A DNA stretch of 64,000 bases from Desulfatiglandales bacterium (GTDB taxonomy: Bacteria; Desulfobacterota; DSM-4660; Desulfatiglandales; Desulfatiglandaceae). The DNA is taken from positions 512,001-576,000 of the forward strand of contig OY759599.1 of NCBI GenBank assembly GCA_963662465.1, read 5' to 3'. Both the position numbers and the translations under genes were made by a program. The notes beneath the pieces were generated by a model that was not told the DNA's origin, did no database searches, and saw only the letters and a list, made by a program, of their open reading frames with translations. This document shows positions 50,641 to 59,497 of the stretch, one piece after another (the first letter of the stretch is position 1; each line of letters starts with the position of its first letter).

Positions 50641-52224
50641 ATGCCGGATGCTGAAATCGGCCGGGAAAAAATCCTTATTGTAGACGATATCCCCGCGAAT
50701 ATCAGGATTCTGGGTCAGTTGCTGAGGTCCGAATATGATATTCGCATCGCCACCGGCGGAAAAAATGCCTTGGCCATTGTCGCTTCGGAAAACCCGCCCG
50801 ATCTGGTGCTTCTGGATATTATGATGCCGGATATGGATGGCTATGAAGTATGCCGACGGCTTAAAGAAGATTCTCGTTTAAAGGATATTCCGGTTATTTT
50901 CATTACGGCCAAGGGAGAGGTTGAAGATGAAACCAGGGGGCTTGAAATCGGCGCCGTGGACTATATCATCAAGCCCTTCAGCCCGCCGATCGTGGCGGCC
51001 CGGGTCAAGACCCATCTTCAGTTGAAAAGGCAACGGGACGAACTGGCGCAGATGACCCGCGACCTCACCGAACTCAACCGCATGAAGGACAATCTGCTGG
51101 CGGTCTGTTCCCATGATCTGCGTTCCCCGCTAAACGGCATCCTGGGGTTTACGGACCTGCTTCTGGAAAAGAAATATCTGGAAGCGGAGGATCGGGAGGG
51201 GCTCACCCACATCAAAGCCTCGGGCAACGTGCTCCTGGGCCTGATCAATGATATCATGGACCTCAGCAAGGCCAGGGCGGAACAGGTTGAGCTGGAGATG
51301 GCGCCTGTTATGCTCGCTGACGTGATCGAGACCAGCATCGGCGCGCTGAAACATATGGCAGTGCGCAAAGGACAGACCCTGCATTTGACGGATCAGTGCC
51401 CCGGTGCTCAAATATTGGGAAATGCGAGCGCATTGGGTCGGGTTTTCAATAACCTTCTGTCCAACGCCATCAAGTTTACACCGGAAAAGGGAGCGATCCA
51501 GATTCAAATTGAACCTGGAAGCGAGGGCGAGGTATGGGCGAGCGTTATCGATACGGGAATCGGTATTCCGGAAGACAGGATACCGTATCTTTTTGATCCG
51601 TTCACCAAAACTTCCCAAAGCGGCACCAGCGGGGAACAGGGAACGGGTCTCGGGATGTCGATTGTTAAAGAGATCCTTGAAAAGCATGGGGTTCCCATAG
51701 CGGTGGAGAGTCAAGAAGGAAAAGGGACCCGTTTCAAGTTGATTTTTCCTTTGAGCAAAGAGGCTCCCGTTGCGAGTCCTGACCCCGCCGGATTACCTGA
51801 GTTTTCAGCGGGGGCGTCGGTGGAAAAGAAACAGCATTTGAGAATCCTTTTGGCGGAAGACAATCCCGTCAACCAAAAACTCGGGGAAAAACTGTTGGCC
51901 AAAGCAGGTCACGAGGTCGTGGCGGCTAACAATGGTGAGGCGGCATTTCTGGCCTACAGTGCATCTCCCGAGGATTTCGATCTTATCTTCATGGACATCC
52001 AGATGCCCGGCATGGATGGATTGGAAGGGACGCGGGCCATCCGGAAATTTGAAGCCGGAGACTCGGGCAAAAGGATTCCCATTGTGGCCATGACCGGACA
52101 GGCCATGGCGGGAGACCGGGAAAAGTGCCTTGAAGCGGGCATGGACGACTATATGGTCAAACCCATCAGTAAAAAGCTGATTCTTGAGATGGTTCAAAAA
52201 TGGGCGCCGAACCTTATTCCTTAA
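50641..52224 (+). CDS. Cytoplasmic hybrid kinase REC-HisKA-HATPase-REC
   Basis: IVDD/LLDIMMP, SHDLRSPL, GTGLG and C-terminal receiver FMDIQMP. Confidence 0.93.
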   Translation: MPDAEIGREKILIVDDIPANIRILGQLLRSEYDIRIATGGKNALAIVASENPPDLVLLDIMMPDMDGYEVCRRLKEDSRLKDIPVIFITAKGEVEDETRGLEIGAVDYIIKPFSPPIVAARVKTHLQLKRQRDELAQMTRDLTELNRMKDNLLAVCSHDLRSPLNGILGFTDLLLEKKYLEAEDREGLTHIKASGNVLLGLINDIMDLSKARAEQVELEMAPVMLADVIETSIGALKHMAVRKGQTLHLTDQCPGAQILGNASALGRVFNNLLSNAIKFTPEKGAIQIQIEPGSEGEVWASVIDTGIGIPEDRIPYLFDPFTKTSQSGTSGEQGTGLGMSIVKEILEKHGVPIAVESQEGKGTRFKLIFPLSKEAPVASPDPAGLPEFSAGASVEKKQHLRILLAEDNPVNQKLGEKLLAKAGHEVVAANNGEAAFLAYSASPEDFDLIFMDIQMPGMDGLEGTRAIRKFEAGDSGKRIPIVAMTGQAMAGDREKCLEAGMDDYMVKPISKKLILEMVQKWAPNLIP

Positions 52225-52233
52225 AATGAGTGA

Positions 52234-54258
52234 TCACCTGACCACGACTTCCACCCGCCGGTTCTTGGGTTCCGCCACGCCATCGGCGGTTTTGACCAAT
52301 GGATTTCCCTCACCGTGGGATGTGATTTCAATGATTTTAGGATCGACGCCTTTTTTAACCAGAAACTCAGCCACTTTTCCGGCACGCTCCAGGGAAAGCC
52401 CGCGATTGAAATTCTTGGATCCGGTTCGATCCGTATGGCCGGAAATCGTCAAATCCACGGATCTTCGATCTTCGATGGATTTCAGGACCTTTGGGAGCTG
52501 TGCCATGGATTGCGGCGTCAGCACCGTGGTTCCGGTCGTAAAGTAGAGGATGAAGTGAACCGGGGGGGTGGGCTGGGCATTCAGCGCGTCTTTGAAGATC
52601 CTCTTGACTTCCGCTTCATCCATGATGATGGGCGTGCTGGGAACTTCGTCGGCGTTGTTCAATCCTGTGGCTTCAAAGGCCTTGTCCAGGACCTGGGAAC
52701 CTTTTTCACTGGCCACCGTGAGTCGGCCGATATCCCCATCCAGGTCCGGAATGAGGACATACCGGTTTTTGGGGTTCTTGCGGCAGCCTTTTTCGTCAAC
52801 CGCTATGCCTTCCGGTGTGTTCGGACACTGGTCCCGGTAATCCGACACCCCGTCCTTGTCGGTATCCAGCGGGCATCCCCGCGTATCCACTGCAATGCCT
52901 TCGGGCGTTTCAGGGCACTTATCCCGGTAGTCGGGTACGCTGTCCCCGTCCGTATCCAGTGGGCATCCTTCGTCGCCGACAGGCACGCTCTCCGGCGTGC
53001 TGGAGCATTGGTCCCGGTAATTCGGCACCCCGTCCTTGTCCGTATCCAGCGGGCATCCCCGTGTATCCACTGCTACGCCTTCGGGTGTTTCGGGGCACTT
53101 ATCCCGGTAGTCGGGTACGTCGTCCTTATCCGTGTCCTTGACTGGCCTTTTGGGCATGAACATGCCGGATACAGCTTTTGACACGGCTTCATCGCAACTG
53201 TTGTAAAGTTCCGGGGAGAGTGTGGATACCTTGTAATGTTGCACACGATCATCTCCGGTTTGAACTTCCAGATTCAGGTTGCACCCCACATCGTAAAAGG
53301 TCCAAAACAGTTTTGCAAAGGTGATGGAAAGCCTCAGAATCCGGGGCGGTCCGTCCACCAGCATAATGTCCCTTTTGCCCAGTTCCATTTTCAGGAGATC
53401 CAGGGTGCTGTTCCATTGTCCGGCGGTTGCTGAGAATGTCAACACATTGGGCTCCGTTTCCGAAAGCAAAATTCCGTTTTGACCCAGATGTTGCTGGATG
53501 AGTCGGATGACGGCATCGGGCGGCACCGGGCCCGCCACTGTAAATCGGCTTCCTTCCCCATGGCAGGGCACGGAAAAAGAACCCTTCTGATCGTGGGTAG
53601 TGGTGGCGCCGGTCTGTATCTTTCCGGGGGGCTTGGCATTTTTGGATGCTTTTTCCTCTCCGGCTTTTCCCGGACATGCGTCCCGGTAATTGGGCGCTCC
53701 GTCGTCATCCGTATCCAGCGGGCATCCCACATGGTCAACCTCCGCATCCAGGGGCGTACAGGGGCATTGATCCAGAAAATCGGACACACCGTCCCCGTCC
53801 GTATCCAGAGGACAACCTACTTTCTTCACATCCGTCCGGAGAAAACCACTTACCCTGCCCTCACTATCCTTACAAAGATCCAGTTCAAAAACAGTCGCGG
53901 CATTCACCATCACCACCGAGCCCCGCTTTTTCAGTTCCGCCTCGGCCAGGTGGACGGCCGTATCGGTCCATCGGTTCAGGTTCGCCAGCCACTCGTGGGA
54001 CTCCGTGCCGATTTGAATCCAATCGGTGTTGGGTTGTCCATTTTCAAGATTGACAAATCGATCCACTTTGAAGGTTGGATTCAAAATGGTTCCGGAGGCA
54101 ACGGGAATTCCCTTGGGGATGTAGAACCGATCAGGGGCTGTTGCACAGCCGGAAAGGATGATCAACGTCGGCAACAGGGTGCTCAGCGTGAACAGGTTTT
54201 GAAGATAGCGATTGAAATGCTTTGGAATATTCGATTTACGGTTTAAAACGGAGATCAT
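52234..54258 (-). CDS. OmpA-domain lipoprotein with thrombospondin type 3 (Ca-binding) repeats
   Basis: Lipobox LSGC; six DTDxDGVxDxxDxCP repeats; C-terminal GHTD...NRRVE. Start uncertain. Confidence 0.88.
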   Translation of the reverse strand: MISVLNRKSNIPKHFNRYLQNLFTLSTLLPTLIILSGCATAPDRFYIPKGIPVASGTILNPTFKVDRFVNLENGQPNTDWIQIGTESHEWLANLNRWTDTAVHLAEAELKKRGSVVMVNAATVFELDLCKDSEGRVSGFLRTDVKKVGCPLDTDGDGVSDFLDQCPCTPLDAEVDHVGCPLDTDDDGAPNYRDACPGKAGEEKASKNAKPPGKIQTGATTTHDQKGSFSVPCHGEGSRFTVAGPVPPDAVIRLIQQHLGQNGILLSETEPNVLTFSATAGQWNSTLDLLKMELGKRDIMLVDGPPRILRLSITFAKLFWTFYDVGCNLNLEVQTGDDRVQHYKVSTLSPELYNSCDEAVSKAVSGMFMPKRPVKDTDKDDVPDYRDKCPETPEGVAVDTRGCPLDTDKDGVPNYRDQCSSTPESVPVGDEGCPLDTDGDSVPDYRDKCPETPEGIAVDTRGCPLDTDKDGVSDYRDQCPNTPEGIAVDEKGCRKNPKNRYVLIPDLDGDIGRLTVASEKGSQVLDKAFEATGLNNADEVPSTPIIMDEAEVKRIFKDALNAQPTPPVHFILYFTTGTTVLTPQSMAQLPKVLKSIEDRRSVDLTISGHTDRTGSKNFNRGLSLERAGKVAEFLVKKGVDPKIIEITSHGEGNPLVKTADGVAEPKNRRVEVVVR
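52778..53136 (-). repeat. Four 90-nt coding repeats (ABAB, 180-nt period) encoding TSP3 units
   Basis: For example CACTTATCCCGGTAGTCGGGTACG and GTATCCAGCGGGCATCCCC recur exactly 180 nt apart. Confidence 0.85.
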
Positions 54259-54277
54259 CAGATCCCTCCGTAGGGTT

Positions 54278-54859
54278 TCATGGGTTTTGAGATATCAACA
54301 ACCACAGCCCGCCTTCCTCGATGATGGCGCTTTGGTTTTCCATGCCCGTTTCCGAGACCATTTCTTCCAGATTTTTGCGGGAAAGCCATTTTTTTCCCAA
54401 CCGGTAGTTGAGGTCCTTGGATTCCTCTGCAATGGGTGAAATAATTTCTTCCGGCGTAACCGGACCATATCCTCCACCCAAGAGGGCATGTCCCCCGGGT
54501 TGCAGAATGCGGCAGCTCTCTTTGATGATGTGGGGGGTGAGAAAGAAAAAGGCCCCCCGGCAGATCACCAGGTTGAAGGTCGGCAACAGGGGGAGATGCT
54601 CCAGCCGTGAAATCAGCATGGGGCAGGGAGCGCGAAATGAGGCTTGAATGGCCTTGGCTACTCCTGATTCTTCCAGGGCGATGGCGCCCTTTAGTGTGGG
54701 ATGGCGTTTCAGCAGGGAAGTGATGATGCCCCCGGAAAATGGACCGATTTCCAATACACGCGCATCTTTTTTGGGCAACCGATTTTCAATCCATCGGGCC
54801 AGGTAGGGATAAACCGGTTCCCAGAGCAGGTTCAAGCGGGTAATAAGTTCAGTATCCAT
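54278..54859 (-). CDS. SAM-dependent methyltransferase-like protein
   Basis: VLEIGPFSGG, LVICRGAFFF and RILQPGG. Confidence 0.75.
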   Translation of the reverse strand: MDTELITRLNLLWEPVYPYLARWIENRLPKKDARVLEIGPFSGGIITSLLKRHPTLKGAIALEESGVAKAIQASFRAPCPMLISRLEHLPLLPTFNLVICRGAFFFLTPHIIKESCRILQPGGHALLGGGYGPVTPEEIISPIAEESKDLNYRLGKKWLSRKNLEEMVSETGMENQSAIIEEGGLWLLISQNP

Positions 54860-55047
54860 TCGAATATTTTTCCTAGAATATGAAAATGAGTTTGCCTATT
54901 TCAGCGGCAAAAAATATACTTACTTCCTGCGGATTATACGGGTTTTGGTTTTCAAACGCCACAACTTGTTGAGCATTTTTTTGCAGGTTTTAATGAAATT
55001 ACATTAAGCTGCCGGTTTCGCTGCGGGAACCAGGTGATAAGGTACTA

Positions 55048-56439
55048 ATGGAGCAAATAATGATCAACGCATCGTCCGTTGCACGGGAAGCATTTTTTTC
55101 ATATCTGGAGAAAATATTTTTAATTTCATCGGATGATATCAAGCTGATGATTGAAAGTTTTCATGCTGAAATGCACAAAGGTCTCTTGGGCCATGAAAGT
55201 TCCCTTAAGATGATCCCTTCATTTGTGGACAAACCCAAAGGGAATGAAACGGGAGAATTTATGGCGCTGGACCTGGGCGGTACCAATTTCAGGGTGCTGG
55301 CCGTCAAGCTGGATGGGAAGGGGACCGCCGGTATTACGGCCGTCAGTAAATTCGCTGTTCCCCAAAAGGGAATGCAGGGAACGGGGGTGCAGCTTTTTGA
55401 TTTCATTGCCGGATGTATCGATGTCTTTTTAAACGAAAATCATATGGATAGGGGAAAAAACCATGATCTCGCCTTCACCTTTTCCTTTCCGGTAGCGCAG
55501 ACCGGCATTGCCGCCGGTAAGCTGATCGTTTGGACAAAAGGGTTTACGGCCAGGGGGGTACAGGGTGAAGATGTGGTCATGCTCTTAAACGAAGCGTTGC
55601 GGCGGAAGGGAATCGACTGTATTACCGTAACAGCCCTGGCCAATGATACCGTCGGTACTCTGGTTGCGAGAAGCTATACCGACCCCGGATGTGACATGGG
55701 GGTTATCATGGGGACCGGAACCAATGCGTGTTATCGGGAAAAAATTTTAAATATTCGGAAATTAAAGGGACCTGATCCCGATGGGTATATGATTCTCAAT
55801 ATAGAATGGGGTAATTTCGATAAAGTGCGGCTTACCTTTTACGACCATATGCTGGATAAGGCATCGGTAAATCCAGGGACCATGTATCTGGAAAAAATGG
55901 TGTCCGGTATGTACTTAGGAGAGATCACAAGGCTTGTTTTAATGGATTTGATAAATAGAGACCTCATATTCTCGGATGAGCCGGAGGCCGCGCAATATTT
56001 CAATGTGAAAGGGTCATTGAAAACAGAGGATATGTCCCTGATTGAAGGAGATGAAACCGAAACCCTTTCTGAAATAGACGCATTTCTTGAAACCAAAGGG
56101 ATTTTAAACAGACCTCTTCACGATAGAAATTTGTTGAAACGCCTTTGCCGGATGGTATCGGCCAGGGCGGCAGGCCTCGGGGCAGGGGCCATGGCATCGG
56201 TACTGACCTGGATCGATCCGCAATTGAAAAAAGCGCACACGGTTGGCGTTGACGGGTCACTTTTTGAAAAATACCCCGGATTTCGAACCAAAATAACGGA
56301 TATGTTTAAGGTTCTGTACGGGGAAAATGCAAAAAAAATAACCCTGGTTCATTCCAGGGATGGCTCCGGCATAGGCGCCGCCATCATTGCCGCCGTCGCC
56401 GCACGCCTGGAAAGCATGAAATGTGAAAGGAGAATTTAA
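55048..56439 (+). CDS. Hexokinase (eukaryote-type Hexokinase_1/2 family)
   Basis: LKMIPSFV, LDLGGTNFRV, FTFSFP, WTKGF, NDTVGTL, GTGTNACY, NIEWG, EKMVSGMYLGE and DGSGIGAA. Confidence 0.93.
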   Translation: MEQIMINASSVAREAFFSYLEKIFLISSDDIKLMIESFHAEMHKGLLGHESSLKMIPSFVDKPKGNETGEFMALDLGGTNFRVLAVKLDGKGTAGITAVSKFAVPQKGMQGTGVQLFDFIAGCIDVFLNENHMDRGKNHDLAFTFSFPVAQTGIAAGKLIVWTKGFTARGVQGEDVVMLLNEALRRKGIDCITVTALANDTVGTLVARSYTDPGCDMGVIMGTGTNACYREKILNIRKLKGPDPDGYMILNIEWGNFDKVRLTFYDHMLDKASVNPGTMYLEKMVSGMYLGEITRLVLMDLINRDLIFSDEPEAAQYFNVKGSLKTEDMSLIEGDETETLSEIDAFLETKGILNRPLHDRNLLKRLCRMVSARAAGLGAGAMASVLTWIDPQLKKAHTVGVDGSLFEKYPGFRTKITDMFKVLYGENAKKITLVHSRDGSGIGAAIIAAVAARLESMKCERRI

Positions 56440-58061
56440 TGACGTTTGATCATTTGGCCGGAAATCCGGCGCCGGAATCCATGTTGGAAAATATTCCCGG
56501 GCTGGTATCTTCCTATTATACCGGTGAAGCGACGGGACAGGTTTCTTTCGGTACATCAGGACACCGGGGATCTGCCTTGAAAGGAACCTTCAACGAATTG
56601 CACGTGGCCGCCATGGCACAGGCTATTTGTGATTATCGATGGGAAAAAGGACGTAAAGGACCGCTGTTCATGGGGTTTGATACCCATGCGCTTTCAACGC
56701 CCGCGTTTCGCACCGCCCTCGAAGTTTTTGCGGCCAATGGCGTGGAGACGATTATTCATAACCAGGATGAATTTACCCCGACCCCGGTGATTTCCTTTTT
56801 GATTGTAAGGTATAATCGGGGCAATTCGAACAAAAGGGCCGACGGCGTGGTGATCACCCCTTCCCATAACCCGCCCCGGGACGGGGGCTTCAAGTATAAC
56901 CCCCCCCATGGCGGGCCGGCCGATGTCACTGAAACCTCTTGGATCGAGGTGCGGGCCAACCAGCTCATGGGGCCGGAAAAAGCCCATATCAAACGGTTCC
57001 CCTATGAAAAGGCCTATGTGGCTTCGACGACCCACAAAGAGGATTTCATCACGCCCTTTGTCAAAGCCCTCGATCAGGTGGTTGACATGAAAGCCATCCG
57101 GGAGGCCGGGGTACGAATGGGCGTGGATCCCATGGGAGGATCCGGCGTTCATTACTGGCGGGTGATCGCTGAAACCTATCAGTTGAATATGGAAGTCGTT
57201 AATCCCCGCGTCGATCCGGCGTTCGGGTTTATGCCCCTGGACTGGGATGGGGAAATCCGTATGGATTGTTCATCCCCCTGTGCAATGGCAAACCTCATTG
57301 CCCTTGCGGATCATTTTGATGTGGCCTGGGGGAACGACCCGGATTTCGATCGCCACGGGATTGTATGTCCCACGGGGCTCATGAACCCCAATCATTATCT
57401 CTCCGTGGCCATCTGGTACCTGTTGCGGCATCGTCCATCGTGGCGTTCCGGTCTCAAAATCGGCAAAACCCTGGTCAGCAGCACCATGATTGACCGGGTG
57501 GTCCAGGACCTGGGTCGAAGCCTTTATGAGGTTCCCGTGGGATTCAAATGGTTCGTGGACGGCCTTTTGAAGGGAGAACTGGCTTTCGGCGGGGAGGAAA
57601 GTGCGGGCGCCTCTTTTCTCAGGATGGACGGCCTCCCGTGGTGTACGGACAAGGACGGATTTTCGGCGGGTCTTCTTTCGGCGGAAATCATCGCCAGAAC
57701 GGGAAAAACACCCGCTGAGATCTATGAGACGGTTCTGGTTCCGAAACATGGCGCGCCCTTTTACAAAAGGGCCGACGGCCCCATTTCGGATGTGCAACGA
57801 CAGATCTTGAAAAATCTTACGCCCGATTCCGTCAAAGTCTCTTCCGTGGCTGGGCTGCCCATTGCATCCATTGCCACCACGGCGGCTGGAAATGGGGCGT
57901 CCATCGGGGGGGTGAAAGTGACCCTGGAAGATGGGTCCTGGTTTGCCATTCGCCCATCCGGGACCGAGCCCAAAATGAAGGTCTACGTGGAGAGCTTTGC
58001 CGGAGAAGTTCTCTGGCAAAAGATTTACAACGAAGTCCACGGTTGTATCTTCTGCCGGTAA
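56439..58061 (+). CDS. pgm: Phosphoglucomutase
   Basis: FGTSGHRG, ITPSHNPP, DPDFDRH, GGEESAG and RPSGTEP; TAATG coupling to hexokinase. Confidence 0.95.
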   Translation: MTFDHLAGNPAPESMLENIPGLVSSYYTGEATGQVSFGTSGHRGSALKGTFNELHVAAMAQAICDYRWEKGRKGPLFMGFDTHALSTPAFRTALEVFAANGVETIIHNQDEFTPTPVISFLIVRYNRGNSNKRADGVVITPSHNPPRDGGFKYNPPHGGPADVTETSWIEVRANQLMGPEKAHIKRFPYEKAYVASTTHKEDFITPFVKALDQVVDMKAIREAGVRMGVDPMGGSGVHYWRVIAETYQLNMEVVNPRVDPAFGFMPLDWDGEIRMDCSSPCAMANLIALADHFDVAWGNDPDFDRHGIVCPTGLMNPNHYLSVAIWYLLRHRPSWRSGLKIGKTLVSSTMIDRVVQDLGRSLYEVPVGFKWFVDGLLKGELAFGGEESAGASFLRMDGLPWCTDKDGFSAGLLSAEIIARTGKTPAEIYETVLVPKHGAPFYKRADGPISDVQRQILKNLTPDSVKVSSVAGLPIASIATTAAGNGASIGGVKVTLEDGSWFAIRPSGTEPKMKVYVESFAGEVLWQKIYNEVHGCIFCR

Positions 58062-58130
58062 CCGGTATGAACGCGTCACTTGTTACTCGCCGCTTGCCTA
58101 GCGGAATTCACGGATTGATGGGAGGTAGAA

Positions 58131-59396
58131 ATGCTGTATCGTACGGTGGAAAAAACAGGAGACCGGTTGTCAATATTAGGATTCGGATGTATGCGTCTTC
58201 CCCAGAAGCGGGGACAGCCGGGCAGCGGCAGAATTGACGAAGACCGTGCTCGAAAGCAGATTCGTCATGCCATCGATCAGGGGGTCAACTATATCGATAC
58301 GGCTATGCCCTATCATGCGGGGGGCAGTGAGCCCTTTTTAGGGCGTACGCTGAGTGATGGCTATCGCGAAAAAGTCAAACTGGCCACGAAACTGCCGCCC
58401 TGGTCCGTGAAATCCCGGGGAGACATGGATCAACTCCTGAGAGCGCAGACGGATCATCTCAAGACCGACCATATCGACTATTATCTGCTTCATGCTCTCG
58501 AACGTAGAAGCTGGGAAAAATTAAAACGCCTCGGCGTGCTGGAATTTCTGGACCAGGCCAAAAGGGACGGGCTTATTTTAAATGCGGGTTTCTCTTTCCA
58601 CGGCGATCTGGAAGTGTTTAAAGAAATTGTGGATGTCTATGAGTGGACGTTCTGCCAGATCCAGTACAATTATCTTGATGAACAGAACCAAGCCGGCACC
58701 GAGGGACTTCGGTATGCATCGGAAAGACGGCTGGCGGTGATGGTGATGGAGCCGCTTCGGGGCGGCAATCTGGCACGCCCGGCGCCGCCGCGAATTCAGG
58801 CCCTGTGGGATCAGGCCGGAACAAAACGGACGCCTGCGGAGTGGGCCCTGCGCTGGGTGTGGAATCACCCCGAGGTGACTGTGGTGCTTTCGGGAATGAA
58901 CCATGAAAGGCATATTGAAGAAAATCTGCGCATTGCGGGTGAGGGTTATCCTGAATCCTTGACGGACGGGGAATTACACTTGATCGGCAGGGTCGAAGAA
59001 ACCTATCGAGGATTGACCAAGGCCGCTTGCACCGGTTGTCGTTACTGTATGCCCTGTCCGTCGGGTGTGGATATCCCTCTGTGTTTTGAACTTTATAACC
59101 GAAAGCATTTGTTCGATGATACAAAATGGGCCAACATCGTTTACCTGACCCGACTGGCTGGAGGCGAGGGGGAAGCGCCGTCATTGGCTTCCCTGTGCGA
59201 GCATTGTGGAAAATGCGAAAAGGCATGTCCTCAGCATCTTCCCATCCAGTCGCTCCTGGAGGATGTGGCGGAGGATTTTGAGGGGTGGACGTTGAAGCCC
59301 ATGGTATGGGCAACCCATAAATTTTTTGCGTTTCAAAGGTGGTCCAGCGTGCGAAGGGCACAAAAAATGGCAAAACGAAAACAGCCGGCGGTTTAA
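58131..59396 (+). CDS. Aldo/keto reductase with C-terminal 4Fe-4S dicluster
   Basis: LGFGCMRLP, IDTAMPY, MEPLRGG, CTGCRYCMPCP and CEHCGKCEKACP. Confidence 0.92.
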   Translation: MLYRTVEKTGDRLSILGFGCMRLPQKRGQPGSGRIDEDRARKQIRHAIDQGVNYIDTAMPYHAGGSEPFLGRTLSDGYREKVKLATKLPPWSVKSRGDMDQLLRAQTDHLKTDHIDYYLLHALERRSWEKLKRLGVLEFLDQAKRDGLILNAGFSFHGDLEVFKEIVDVYEWTFCQIQYNYLDEQNQAGTEGLRYASERRLAVMVMEPLRGGNLARPAPPRIQALWDQAGTKRTPAEWALRWVWNHPEVTVVLSGMNHERHIEENLRIAGEGYPESLTDGELHLIGRVEETYRGLTKAACTGCRYCMPCPSGVDIPLCFELYNRKHLFDDTKWANIVYLTRLAGGEGEAPSLASLCEHCGKCEKACPQHLPIQSLLEDVAEDFEGWTLKPMVWATHKFFAFQRWSSVRRAQKMAKRKQPAV

Positions 59397-59497
59397 AGGG
59401 GTCACTCAAAAATAACGTCACACCCATAATCAAAGAAGAAGATAGCCGGTTTAGCGCCATAATTTTCTGTCACCTTGACGATGGAGGCTTCCAGACT

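Noticed and set aside
52778..53136. Regularly spaced repeats resembling an array
   Set aside because: They are in-frame coding TSP3 repeats of the OmpA lipoprotein.
59398..59430. GGGGTCACTCAAAAATAACGTCACA, possible IS/MITE terminus before the ATPase-nuclease gene
   Set aside because: No partner inverted repeat or second copy found in the window; cannot be supported without a genome search.
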